A program made the position numbers and the translations under genes. Of a stretch of 64,000 bases of DNA, positions 52,081-64,000 are shown in pieces (within the stretch, counting starts at the first letter, position 1; each line of letters begins with the position of its first letter). Source of the stretch: Lingula anatina (Eukaryota > Animalia > Brachiopoda); contig CM120646.1 of assembly GCA_051362555.1 (NCBI GenBank), positions 2,356,001 to 2,420,000 of the forward strand, in the 5' to 3' direction. A model generated the notes under the pieces. That model worked only from the letters and a program-made list of their open reading frames with translations. It was not told where the DNA came from and did not search any database.

Positions 52081-54958
52081 TTATGCAGTCGCCTTTTCCT
52101 CGGCAGCAGCTTGAGCCACGGCTGTATTTGGGTTGGGTTTCGAGGTATCGAATGTGAACACCATGCAGGGTTCTGAGTCTGGGACTACCTTGTAGGCATC
52201 GTGCCATATGGTGCTGCAAAAGTCGGCCGCAGAGCTGTAAAACTCTTTGTACTTTTTACACACCGAGCCCTCCTTGCAGCTGTTGATTTCTAGAAAAAGT
52301 CACACAATTCAATATTATTTACCTTGATTATATTTCTGGCGCATGTGGTTACTTGATGGTCAATGACTCACTTAAGATAATTGATGTGCTGATGTTTTTT
52401 TTTCATTAAAATGTAGCAGAATTTACGATTGAATAAAATAAACAATTTTTAAAGGTGTCATCTGCATCTATAGGGGCCTAGGTTGATTAAAAATCACATC
52501 AATTTAAATCAACCAAAATTTTCATCAAGTTGTCGACATTTTCACCAATCACTATAATCAGAAGGCGGCACTCACCGTTCCAGTCCATATCAGTGACCCA
52601 GTTCCTATGACAAGTGTATTCCTCTTTGCAGGCATTCCACCATTCTTCACACTGGCTGGCACAAAGTGGTACCTGATCAAGGATCTCGAAATCCGGATTC
52701 CCATACTGTAAGGGAATGGTTAAGTTTGAGAGACAAAGGGTGACATAGAGAGATGGTTTCAGGTACCTTGCTCATGACTTCTCTTCTCAATTTTCACTTC
52801 ATACATGATGTATGTTTCCCAATCCTTCCAACTGTATGCACAACATTCACCTTTGCAACTGCATACAAAATGACGGAATTTCTTTTTATTCGGAAAAATG
52901 GATGTTAGCTCCACAGTATTTTCATTTAAAAAAGGGTGTTTATCAACACGGCTAAAGGCAACATACATATTCTTTGCATCCCCCCAACACACACATACAG
53001 AGAGAGAGAGAGAGAGAGCAACAGAGGACTGAAACATAGACGATCCAACAGAAATCATGACATATACGTACTGACTGGAGAATCCATGGGCCAAGGTTTG
53101 GTGAACAGGAATAGAAGCATAATTCTAGGTGCATTAGTCTCGCACATTCCGGTGACAGACGCGGTTTCTCTGGACAGTGGACGTAATCTATTATTGATTG
53201 CCACACATGGTTCTCCAGAAAATCTGCAGTTGTGTTCGTGTTGCAGCAGGACCTCTCTCGGAAACTTGGACACTAAAAAAAAACAACACTTATGTTGAAA
53301 TAAACTTATATATATAACTTCTAACTTATATGAAATAAACTTGTATTCACCGCGACTTGACAAGATCATTTACACTTTATGTTCAAGTAATACGTGTAAG
53401 TCCATCATCTTGCTTGCCATAAAGAAGTAAACGCCACTTGATTCCTTTTGAGCTTCAAATGTTATGAGAGGATTGAACAATTGTACATATAAATTCAGGT
53501 AAATTATTAAATGTTATTGAGATATCAAAAAGGAGAAGAATAATCAGATGTATTGTTTTGTGACATTATTGTTCAACATTAATGAGTGTTTTACAGGTGC
53601 TTTAAATCATACTGTTTTTGTCAACATTTCAACAAAGGAAGATTACCAATGCCTGGAACTGATGTTATAAAACACTTCACTGTACCAGCATAGCTGCTTT
53701 AGTCTCTGATAAATTATTTTAAAAAGAATCAAATATGACGTTTTTTTATAACTGTAAATCTTTTCATTGAAATTGACAAACGTAACTGTTCATTTTCATC
53801 AGTCCTCTAATGTATGTTTTTTACTTTTAGGCCATCAGCTTTTCAAATGCAATGTTTATTTATTAAATTTGGCTGTTCATTTAAATGAGTCCTGTAATGT
53901 ATGTATTTTTTTTCACTTTTCGGTTACAGACTTTCAAATGCATATCATACATAAGAATTCTGAAGTTATTGTACAACAGTTTGGACTAAATATGTTGCTC
54001 GTTCTAATCATATACTTGTCGTTTTTAAAATGATTTTTTTCGGAGAACTCTACCAGTTATGTGTGTCACAAACTTCAAGGTACGCGTATCAGTTATAATT
54101 CTGAGAAGGGGTGTACGGATTGTGCATACCATTTACATATTAACCATGTTTCTGGAATAGTGACATTGTAGGAGGTTATAAGCATCCAATGAAAACTTCT
54201 GTGAGATTTTGCAACAAAATTATTAATTGACTCATTCACCTTAACAACAATCAATCACAATGGGTAACATAATTTGGCCCGGCCACCTCGTTATTTGATT
54301 CATTACACGTACATTAAAATACGTAAAATGTTTAACTTTATGGTACTTTGAAGTGAAATTTAAATAAATGTCATCACAGATCTGTCCTGTGATAACGAAA
54401 CGTGGGAATGACATAAAATATTGCTGCATTTAATGACAGCAGCATTACATTGACAGTGCTTTGGAGGAGTTTGTTTAGTTTACTGCTAAAGTGGTGACTA
54501 AGGTCCTGTCGTTATGGGTAAATATTATCCATTGACTGCTAACAGCTCACATGCTGTACCTCTATGAAATTAAATCTCACAAAACAATTCAGTTCTAGAT
54601 GGTCTTCTAACAGTTAAGCCTGTCTGAAGGAGACCGTCATAAGGCTAAGAAATTTAATGTTCTCCAGAAAATCGAAGACAAATAACAAACAAGTTAAAAG
54701 ATATTCTAAGAATTTTTCAATGTTCACCCTAGCAACAAGTATGACATGCTTCTATCCTCAGTCTCTTGTGGTTTCTTACCAATACTTGACCATCTTCTAT
54801 TTATAGATCTACATGTTCCATTATTGTCACTATTACACACCATACACACGATGTATTCAACGAAACGAATGTCAGCAAAACCTCTCTCTCTCTCTTCCTC
54901 TCTTTTAGTCACACAAACACATGTACCCTTTTTGACCATTTTTTTCATTCTCTCTCTT

Positions 54959-54999
<41 letters not shown>

Positions 55000-55242
55000 C
55001 ACACACACGCACACACATGCGCACAGAAACATACATAAACATGCATACTATACATACATACATAAACCAACTCTCACCTCCAAATCTGGCTCGGGTGATG
55101 CAACTGTCTTGCTGGCCCCTTCTATTGGCAAGGTAATGCACATGTTCATATAGTCATCTGCAGTCTTCGGTTCACCAGCCTGAACTAAGACTTGTACGTT
55201 CAGTAATACAAGGCTGAAAATCAGAATTTTCTTCATTATCAT
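52081..55242 (-). CDS. Secreted folate receptor / riboflavin-binding-like protein G
   Basis: Exons 55242-55078, 53272-53072, 52705-52576 and 52289-52081. Open frame. Confidence 0.9.
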
Positions 55243-56070
55243 ACGTGTGGAGTTGAACAAACTGACGTGGAACCCTTTTTTCTTTGCTATATTGACGGTA
55301 ACTTGTCTGACGTACCATTTACATCATTGCTGGCTGGGCCAATCAAATTGTAGGTATGCCGGTGACAACATAGCTAACAAATCAAAGGTGCACTATACGT
55401 AATAATACGCCGTCAGGAGTGTGCCGAGAGAAGACTTTTTTACAAACATATTCAATACGTGAGACGAGAGACCTAATAAAGAGAACGACTTGTCATATTT
55501 CAAAGGTGTATTATCCACCATAAATTACCACTGTCACATCTGGTAATAGTATGTATGGAAGGACATACCATCACAAGATAGAAGGAACTATGAAGTAAAT
55601 TGCAATGTACATATTTAAACTGTCCTATTATATTAATGATTAAAGAAACGATAATACTGTTTATTGAACTTTCATAATAAACATTAGTTTTTTCTCTTTA
55701 AACATAATTGTGCTACGATTTATCTATTATTGTGCAACGATTTTTGGACTTAATATATGGAATCACCATCACAAAGTTCAACCTTAAGTAGGCATTAGCC
55801 TTATATCAGATTATTGTAACTCTGGATTTGTATGCATGTACAGTATCTTTTGCTGACTAATTACCTGTTGATCTCTGCTATAGTTCCTCAACTTTTTCAA
55901 ATTGAGCCGAATTCTAGGACGCAATGGGATATATACACATATAATTGATGGTTACTCTTTCTAACGACTAAAATTGTTTTTATACAGTGAATACTGTATG
56001 TTAACTCTTAAAAATTATTGCAGTTACCACCCTTATAAAGGTGTATTTGGAGCTCATAAAAATCAAACAT

Positions 56071-57140
56071 AACTAGGAGATCAGATAGGCAATATATACC
56101 TCTTCAGGATATAGTACCACCAGCTGGAGTAAGCATATTCGTATAGAAAACAAAACTCTACAAAATGCAGTAAACAGTTTTTTTGTTGAAAATAACAATC
56201 AATAACTGAATCATGGGGGAAGTAAAAGGTTTAGTCCAAATTTGTAAAGTGCGGTTCATGACGAAAAGTAGCACTAGGGGACCATTGTGTGAGTAGCAGA
56301 GCGTGGCCCCTCGTCATGTAAGTGCTAATTGAGAAAGATCACATTAAGAATGCTTACGTAATCCTTAAGACCACGTCATCCAGTTCCGGTCTTAAATTGC
56401 ACATTAAGATCACTTCAGGCGCACAAATGTCAATTTCAAGGTCACAGGAAGACTTCAATATAGGAGTTCCTATTCAAGTTCAGTAGTTTCTAAGGATATA
56501 TCTGTGCCTATTTTGAAAATATATGGGACAGAAAACTTGCAAAGTTCAGTTCATGGTGAAAGGTCAAAGGTCAAATTCAAGGTCACAGTTAGATTGCCAG
56601 TATATGACTCACTGTTCAAGTTCAATAGTAACTACGGGCGTGTCTCTGCCGGTTTTGGATGCTTAAGCGTCAGAAAATTTGCAAAGTTTAGTGTATTTTG
56701 AAAAGTAGGTGAAAGGTAATTGCAAGGTCACAATTAGATTGCCATTATATGACTTCCTATTCATGTTCAATAGTAACTATGGGCGTATCTCTGCCATTTT
56801 TGGAGTTATTTTACATTTTATTTTCACCACTGAATATTGCAATGTTATACCCTTTGATATAGTGCAACTCGTAAACCATATGGAAAACAACAAAAAAATA
56901 CGGATACCACTTCAAGTGTTGCACTTGACAAGCTCTTCAAAATACAAGAAACGAGAGGTCCTTAGCATTTACGGTTTCAGAATTAGAGAGAGTTTTTAGT
57001 TTCGGCATCTAATGGTTGCTTTTCCCGTGGAAACGCATCGATTGACCCCAAATTCATGAAGAAGAAAGATGACTCACTGTCCATTATGTTATAAGTAAGA
57101 TCTGTGTAGTTTGTGAAAATCGGCACATATATATATATAC

Positions 57141-57174
<34 letters not shown>

Positions 57175-57497
57175 TTTTTTTTTAACAAAATTCCCATTGT
57201 GGCCTGTTTGCCCTTGAAATAAAGGTCAAAGCTCAAATCTAGGGGCATATTTGAAATTTCCACATGTGACATTTTGGTCAGCCAGCTGTAGAAAAATTTC
57301 CCATAACTCCTTTTGTTTGGGAGATATTCAGCATTTAAATTTGCAAATTTTGGACATGGGAGCATTGCAATGAGCGCCACAACTAGACTGGCCAAGAGAT
57401 AGGTATACAGGCCCTTGCAGTCTAGGTGGTGAAGCGGTAACGGTGAAATGGCGGCGGATACGGCGTAGCCGGTGGACAAAACGGGTCGGGACTAAAA
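56071..57497. mobile_element. Probable Helitron/Helentron-like non-autonomous insertion
   Basis: Absent from other intergenic units. Bounded by AACTAG and GGGACTAAAA. Contains internal AAGGTCAAAGGTCA repeats, a degenerate tandem repeat of roughly 145 nt at 56560-56800, and a GT microsatellite. Confidence 0.4.
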
Positions 57498-57697
57498 TCA
57501 TGGGCACCGCCAGCGCTCAAACGTTAAGAGAACTTGGTTTTACTCGGGATATTATTATCATGTTTATCATGTAAAAAGCATGGTAAGGAAGATTAAAACA
57601 AGCCATTCTGCATACTGCGTTTTATTATTATTATTATGCAGGGAGATTTTACAAGCGCACAGTTAGACTCAAATCAAATTTAAGTCAAAGCGCTATT

Positions 57698-60352
57698 TTA
57701 TTTGGTCGCCTTTTCCTCGGCAGCAGCTTGAGCCACGGCTGTATTTGGGTTTGGTTTCGAGGTGTCGAAGGTGAACACCATGCAGGGTTCGGAGTCTGGG
57801 ACCACCTTGTAGGCATTGTGCCATATGGTGTTGCAAAAGTCGGCAGCGGAGCTGTAAAACTCCTTGTACTTTTTACACACCGAGCCCTCCTTGCAGCTGT
57901 TAATTTCTAGAAAAAGTCACACAATTCAATACTATTTAGCATGATTATGTTTCTGGTGCATGTGGCTACCTGAAGGACAGTGACTCACTTTAAATTATTG
58001 TTGTGCTAGTTGTTTTTGAAGTAAATTTCACTTTATTATTTTATTAAAATGTAGTAGATTATCCGTTTGGATGAAATATACATAATTTACAAAGACTGCA
58101 TCTGCATCTATAGGGGATAAGGTCGTCTGAATGTCACACTTGTTTAAATCAACCAAAAGTATTGACATATTCACCAATCCCTGTCCCTATAATCTGATAA
58201 AGTCACTCACCCTCACCGCCCCAGTCCATGTCAGTGATCCAGTTCCTATGGCAAGTGTATTCTTCTTTGCAGGCATCCCACCATTCTTCACATTGGCTGG
58301 CACAAATTGGCGCCTGATCAAGGTGATCGAAATCCGGATGTTCATACTGAAATGATATCAGCGTGACAGATAAAAAACACGAGTGATAGACAGAGAGAGG
58401 TTGCTTTTCAGGTTTCTTAGGGCGCGTTCCCAGAGATTTAGATCGATCCAGAGATTTAGATTTAGATCGACCTAACTCCCTGGGGGTTCACGCTAAATTG
58501 CAGTCAGCCGAGCGAGCACCATAGTTAATTACCCCTTTACAGCTTTTAGTAGGCGGGACAGACGCTTAAGCCGGCTAAGCTGACAGTAATCTAGTGAGAC
58601 TCCCCACAGGGATAGATCGATCTAAAATCTATGGGAATGGGGTCTTACTCATGGGGTCTCTTCTCTTCATTACTTCTACCATGATTCCCCATCCTTTATA
58701 TACGCAATATTTACCTTAGCAACTGTATACAAAATGACGCGAATTATTTTTATTTGGAGAAACGCATTCCAGAAAGAGAGAGAGAGATAGAGCAGGGAAA
58801 CACAGACAGCATTAGATGTACGTACTGCTTTTACAATCCACGGGCCAAGGTTTGGTGAACAGGCATAGAAACATATTTCTTGGTGAGTTAGTCTCTCGCA
58901 CTCTGGGGAAAGACGCGGTTTCTCTGGACAGTGGACAAAATTTACCATTAACTCCCACACATGGTTCTCCAGGAAGTCTGCAGTTGCGTTCGTGTTGCAG
59001 CAAGACTTCTCTCGGAAACTTGGACACTGTAGAAAAAAAAACACAGACGTTGAAATGAACTTCATGTATTCACTGCGACTTGGCAAGATCTGTTACACTG
59101 TTAACTAAAAGCATAGCTTGTCATAAAGATGTAACGCTAATTGATTCCTAATTAGCAGATACTGTAATAGCAGCTTCGTATGTTATTAGATGTTTCAGAG
59201 ATTTTGCATATAGTTTAAGATCAATTATTAATTTTTCATTGAAAAATCAAAACATTTGCAACATTATTGCTTAACATAAAATTGTTCGTGATTTTTATGT
59301 GTCTTTTATATTGCACATGTTGTCCCTCAAATGTATTTTAAAAAATCCTTAATAATTTGGATATTTTCTTATTGGCTTATTATAACTGTAAGTTAAATTT
59401 TCTTCACTCTTTTTTTTACATTTTTTGCTTTGTGTCTGTTTGGAAGATCTTGTGTGAAAACTTGGACGTTTGGCATCACAGTTTAAATTGTCCTTCAAAG
59501 AAAACATGTCTGACATTTATGGCATCATGACAATTTTCCTCAGACAATATCCCCCGGGCAACCCCCAGGACAATCCAAACAAGGAATATATGTTTATTTA
59601 CACATATAAAGAAAAGAGTGTAAAGTTCAAAACATTTCATCCATTTTATTAATATTATAGTGTGATAATGCAACTCCATCATTAAACACAAATTGCTTCA
59701 ACACATATATAGTGGCTCGTTCATTTTCATTTATGTTACATTCACATAACATTTATATCTATGGTGTTTGAACAAAGGATGATTATAAATGTCTGGAGCT
59801 GGTGTTATAAAACAATTCACCGTACCAGCATTGCTGCTTTAGTTTTTGATCATTATTATACTGACAGGGCTTTTTTACCTGTTAGTCTTTTCATTAAAAT
59901 TGGCAAGATTTAAAGTCATCCAGCGTATTTATTTTTCATAGGTTTACAGGTCTTTCATATTCACTGTATTTCATAAGTTAAATGTCTGCAATATTTATAC
60001 CACAGATTAAAGGTTGGCCTAAAATGATGCTCGTGTTTATTGTATGCTTTCGTTTTACTATTTATTTCCCGCAACCCCACAAATATTTCGCTACAGTTTC
60101 CCCAACGACATTTGTGGCATTATTTGGCCCCGTCACCTCGTATGTACGGCGCAGTCGCGAATTTAGAGAAGGGGTCATGGGGTCCTGAACCCCTCTTCGA
60201 TTTCTGGTCCCCTCTTGAAATTAAAATTAGACTAGAATTAGACTAGCTGAATAATATTTCTAAACCGTATCAAATGGCACCGTCCGTCTTCTAAAATACC
60301 AAACATTTTCGGGGCACTTCATTGGGGCCCTAACCCCACGTCAAGTGTGTGT

Positions 60353-60383
<31 letters not shown>

Positions 60384-61352
60384 GGGGGGGTCGGCTTTGC
60401 ATCCGCGGACCCCCATTCAAATGATCCTGGTTCCGCCCTTGTGGAGGGCATAAACATCCCCAATATCTGGTTTTTCTACATTTGAATACGTAAATTGCTT
60501 AACTTTGTAGTACTTTATAGTGAATCTTACATAAATGGAATCAGAGATCTTTCCTGTGCTAATGGGGCATGTGGGAATGACTTAAAATACTGCTGCATTT
60601 AATGACAGCTGCGTTACATTGACAGTGCTTCGGAGGAGTTTATCTAGTTCACTGCTTAAGTGGTGACTAACGTCTTGTCATTATGGGTAAATATTATCCA
60701 TTGACTGCTTACAACTCACATACTGTACCTCTATGAAATTTAACTAGTCGATTACGGCAGTCTGAAGGAGACCAACATCAGGCAAAGAAATGTTAATTAT
60801 GATTAAAAATAAAACAAATTCAATGATCTCTAGAGAATCGAAGATAAATAGTAAACGAGTTGAAAGCTATTTTAGGAATTTACCAAAGTTCACCTTATAC
60901 ATTGTACCAACAGGTACGGCGTCCTTAAAACATATTTTTCTACGTTTCTCAATCTCTTGTGGTTTTGTTATTAATAATTGACCATCTTATATTAAAAGAT
61001 ATACATATTGTCACTATTATACACCATGCACATAATGTATTCAACGAAACAAATGTCAGCGAACCTCCCTCTCCCCTTTTTTAGTCAACAAATACATATA
61101 CGTTTGACTTTTTTCTCACCCTCTCTCTCTCACACACACAGACACATGCACGCATAAATATACATACATACATAAACAAGCTCTCACCTCCAAATCTGGC
61201 TCGGGTGATGCAACTGTCTTACTGGCCCCTTCTATTGGCAAGGTAATGCACATGCTCATATAGTCATCTGCGGTCATCGGTTCACCAGCCTGAACTAAGA
61301 CTTGTGTGCTAAATAACACGAGACTGAAGATCAGAATTGTCTTCATTATCAT
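57698..61352 (-). CDS. Secreted folate receptor / riboflavin-binding-like protein H
   Basis: Exons 61352-61188, 59026-58826, 58346-58211 (or 58217) and 57906-57698. Open frame. Confidence 0.9.
58420..58644. mobile_element. PIF/Harbinger-like MITE in gene H intron 2
   Basis: 3-bp TTA TSD at 58417 and 58645. Empty site GGTATCTTACTCGTG at about 35293. Imperfect TIRs GGGCGCGTTCCCA / TGGGAATGGGGTC. Confidence 0.75.
60146..60441. mobile_element. Degenerate GC-rich MITE-like insertion in gene H intron 1
   Basis: Ends CCTGGTTCCGCCCTTG, contains G-runs, and is absent from paralogous introns. The left terminus is degenerate. Confidence 0.4.
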
Positions 61353-62153
61353 ACGTGTAGAGTTTAACAGACTGAGACTAGAGCCTCTTCTCTTTGCTAT
61401 ATTAACGGTAACTTTTCTGACGTAGCATAGCGTTCATTGTTGTCGGTGTTATTCAACGCATTGAACTATGTGTGACGATTTCAAGCAATATAATTGGTCC
61501 TTATCAAAAGAGCCAATCAAATTGAAGTTACAGGCATACCGGTGACAATATTACCATCTAAACAACGGTGCACAATACGTAATAGTAGGCCGTCAGATGT
61601 ATGTCTTTAGATAGAAGACTGTTTTGAAACGTATAATTTTCAAAAAAATTAATACTTGAGAAGCCTCAAACTGAGAATAACGAGTCGTATTTCATTGGCG
61701 GTATTTGTACATAACCATGAAGATATATGACCCGCCACTGCATGGTCTGGACATATCATCATAAAACATAATACAGCTTGAACTGAACACATATTATTTC
61801 ATATGTATTTTTGTTTCCTTCCCATTAAAATCAAAGAATAGAAAACCAAAGTTTACATCCCTACGTTTGCTTCCAGACATTGCAGTTTTCAGTTGTGTTC
61901 TCAATGGCGAAAACATTCATGTCATAAAGGACAAAAATAGCTTCATATTTAGCAAGATTAACTGAACTCAAAAGTTGGAAAATTTGGTTTTGCTCGGGAC
62001 ATTAAGTTATATTCTATCATTTGTTTGTCATGTAAAGCATGTTAACGAAGATAAAAACACGCTTTTTCTGCATAGTGCATTTATTATAATTATGCAGGGA
62101 GATTTTACTAGTGCACAATTCGACTCAATTCAAGATTTAGCCACAACGTCGTT

Positions 62154-63381
62154 TTATTCGGTAGCCTTTTTTTCGGCAGCAGCCTGAGCCACGGCTGTAT
62201 TTGGATTTGATTTCGAGGTGTCAAATGTGAATACTAAGCAAGGTTCCGAGGCTGGGACTACCTTATAGTCGCCGTGCCATATGGTGCTGCAAAAGTCGGC
62301 GGCAGAGCTGTAGAACTCTTTGTATTTCTTACACACCGCGCCCTTCTTGCAGCTGTGAAGTTCTAGAAAAAAAGTCCACACAATTAGTATTATTCAGCAT
62401 GATTATGTTTCTGGTGCATGTGACTACCTGAAGGGCAATGACTCACTTTAGATAATTGTTCTGCTAGGATAGCTGTTTTTGTAACGAATATGGTTTTATT
62501 ACTTTATTAAAATGTAGTAGAATAAACCTTGGCAGGACATACACATAATTTACAAAAGTGCCATCTGAATCTAAAGTGGGCTAGGTCATTTAAAAAATCA
62601 CAACAGTTTAAGTCTGCCATATGACATTATTTATTCATGATTATCTTAATAATTAATCTAAAAGAAAACCAATATGGACTCTTAGCAATCATATTTCAGA
62701 ACCAATTTTTTCATCACGTTTTTGTCATTTTTACCAATCCCTCCCCGTATAAAGATGAGGACACTCACTGCCCCAGACCATGTCCGTGATCCAGTCCCTA
62801 TGACAGGTGTATTCTTCTTTGCAAGCATTCCACCATTCTTCACACTGGCTGGCACAAAGTGGTGCATGATTAAGGTGGTCCAAATCCGGATGTGCATACT
62901 GTAATGAAATAAGTGCGAAAGACGAAAAACGAGCGAGACACACACATACAGAGAGAAATTGCTTTTAGGTACCTTACTCATGACTTCTTTTTATACGAGA
63001 AACGCATGTCATCTCAAACATAGGTATTAATCAACTCGGCTAATTGCAAAGTACCTATTCTTTGCATCCCGGCATACACATTCACACCCCCCCACACACA
63101 CACACACACGTACAAAAAGAGAGAGAGAGAGAGAGCAGGGAAACACAGACGGTCCAACAGACATCATTACATGTACGTACTGCCTTGACAATCCACGGGC
63201 CGAGATTTGGGGAACAGGCATAGAAGCACATTTCCTGGTGCATTAGTCTCGCACAGTCCGGTGACAGGCGTGGTTTTCCTGGACAGTGGTCGAAATTTAT
63301 CACTGACTCCCACACATGGGTCTTCAGGAAATCTGCAGTTACGTTCGTGTTGCAGCAAGACTTTTCTCTGAAACTCGGGCA
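62154..63381 (-). CDS. Secreted folate receptor / riboflavin-binding-like protein I (exons 2-4; exon 1 lies beyond the window)
   Basis: Exons 63381-63181, 62898-62769 and 62362-62154. Open frame, ends AAAEKKATE*. Confidence 0.88.
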
Positions 63382-64000
63382 CTGTAAAAAAAAAAAAAAA
63401 CACTTAAGTTGAAATGAACCTTATGTAATTGCCGCGAATTGGCAAGATCAAATACATTTAAGTAATATGTGTTACCTAAACGTATTGCTTGTTATAAAGA
63501 AGTAAACGCCACTTGAGATTCCTAAAGAGCAGAAACTGTACAAGTAGATACTTATGCTATTTAGGGTTCCAGAGATCGTACATATAGGTCAAGATCAATT
63601 ATTAATTTTTCATTGAGACGTCAAAACATTTGCAACATTATTGCTTAACATGAAGTGGTACGTGTGCTTTAAATCAGACCCTTTGTCACTTAAAATGTGT
63701 TTAAAATAACCATTAATAATTTGGATGCTTTCTTAGTAGCCTTTTAAAACTGTAAGTGAAAATTCCGTCACTCTTTTGCCATTTTTTGTTTTGTATGGGC
63801 GGCCAAAAGGGCAAAAAATCCTGTCGTCGATTCAGTTATGTTTCGTCGATTCACTGCCTTCCCATCGATTCAGTTTCAAGTTTAAACGATCCTGTCATAA
63901 ATTCAACATCTACTTTCGTCAATTCAACTGTCAAACATTTCTCATCTACGGTGTATTAAAACCAATGCTGTCACTATTTTCGTCGATCGTGTAACTATTC

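Noticed and set aside
63815-64000. Degenerate TCGTCGATTCA repeats at the right edge
   Set aside because: It is probably the start of a repeat element in gene I intron 1, but too truncated to classify.

Overview
AT-rich, intron-containing eukaryotic DNA, probably a marine invertebrate such as a mollusc (inferred from gene content and repeat types). The main feature is a minus-strand tandem array of four-exon folate-receptor/riboflavin-binding-protein (Folate_rec) family genes. It has one divergent copy with a GPI-type tail (A, 2961-6095), eight closely related copies lacking that tail and so probably secreted (B-I; D is frameshifted, I runs off the window), and one decayed last-exon fragment. 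Two plus-strand carnosine synthase 1 (CARNS1)-like ATP-grasp ligase copies sit between A and B. One is truncated; the other has all 8 coding exons but carries a frameshift and a premature stop. Decayed copies of an unrecognised signal-peptide plus ([12 protein letters not shown])n repeat ORF lie between five pairs of array genes. Paralog variation clusters at positions aligned with the FOLR ligand pocket, and the basic folate-binding residues are replaced by acidic ones. Many DNA-transposon insertions can be delimited, several using empty sites in paralogs: Kolobok-like, Tc1/mariner, CACTA/EnSpm-like, Harbinger-like and hAT-like. These include two Tc1-like elements inserted back to back in opposite orientation.
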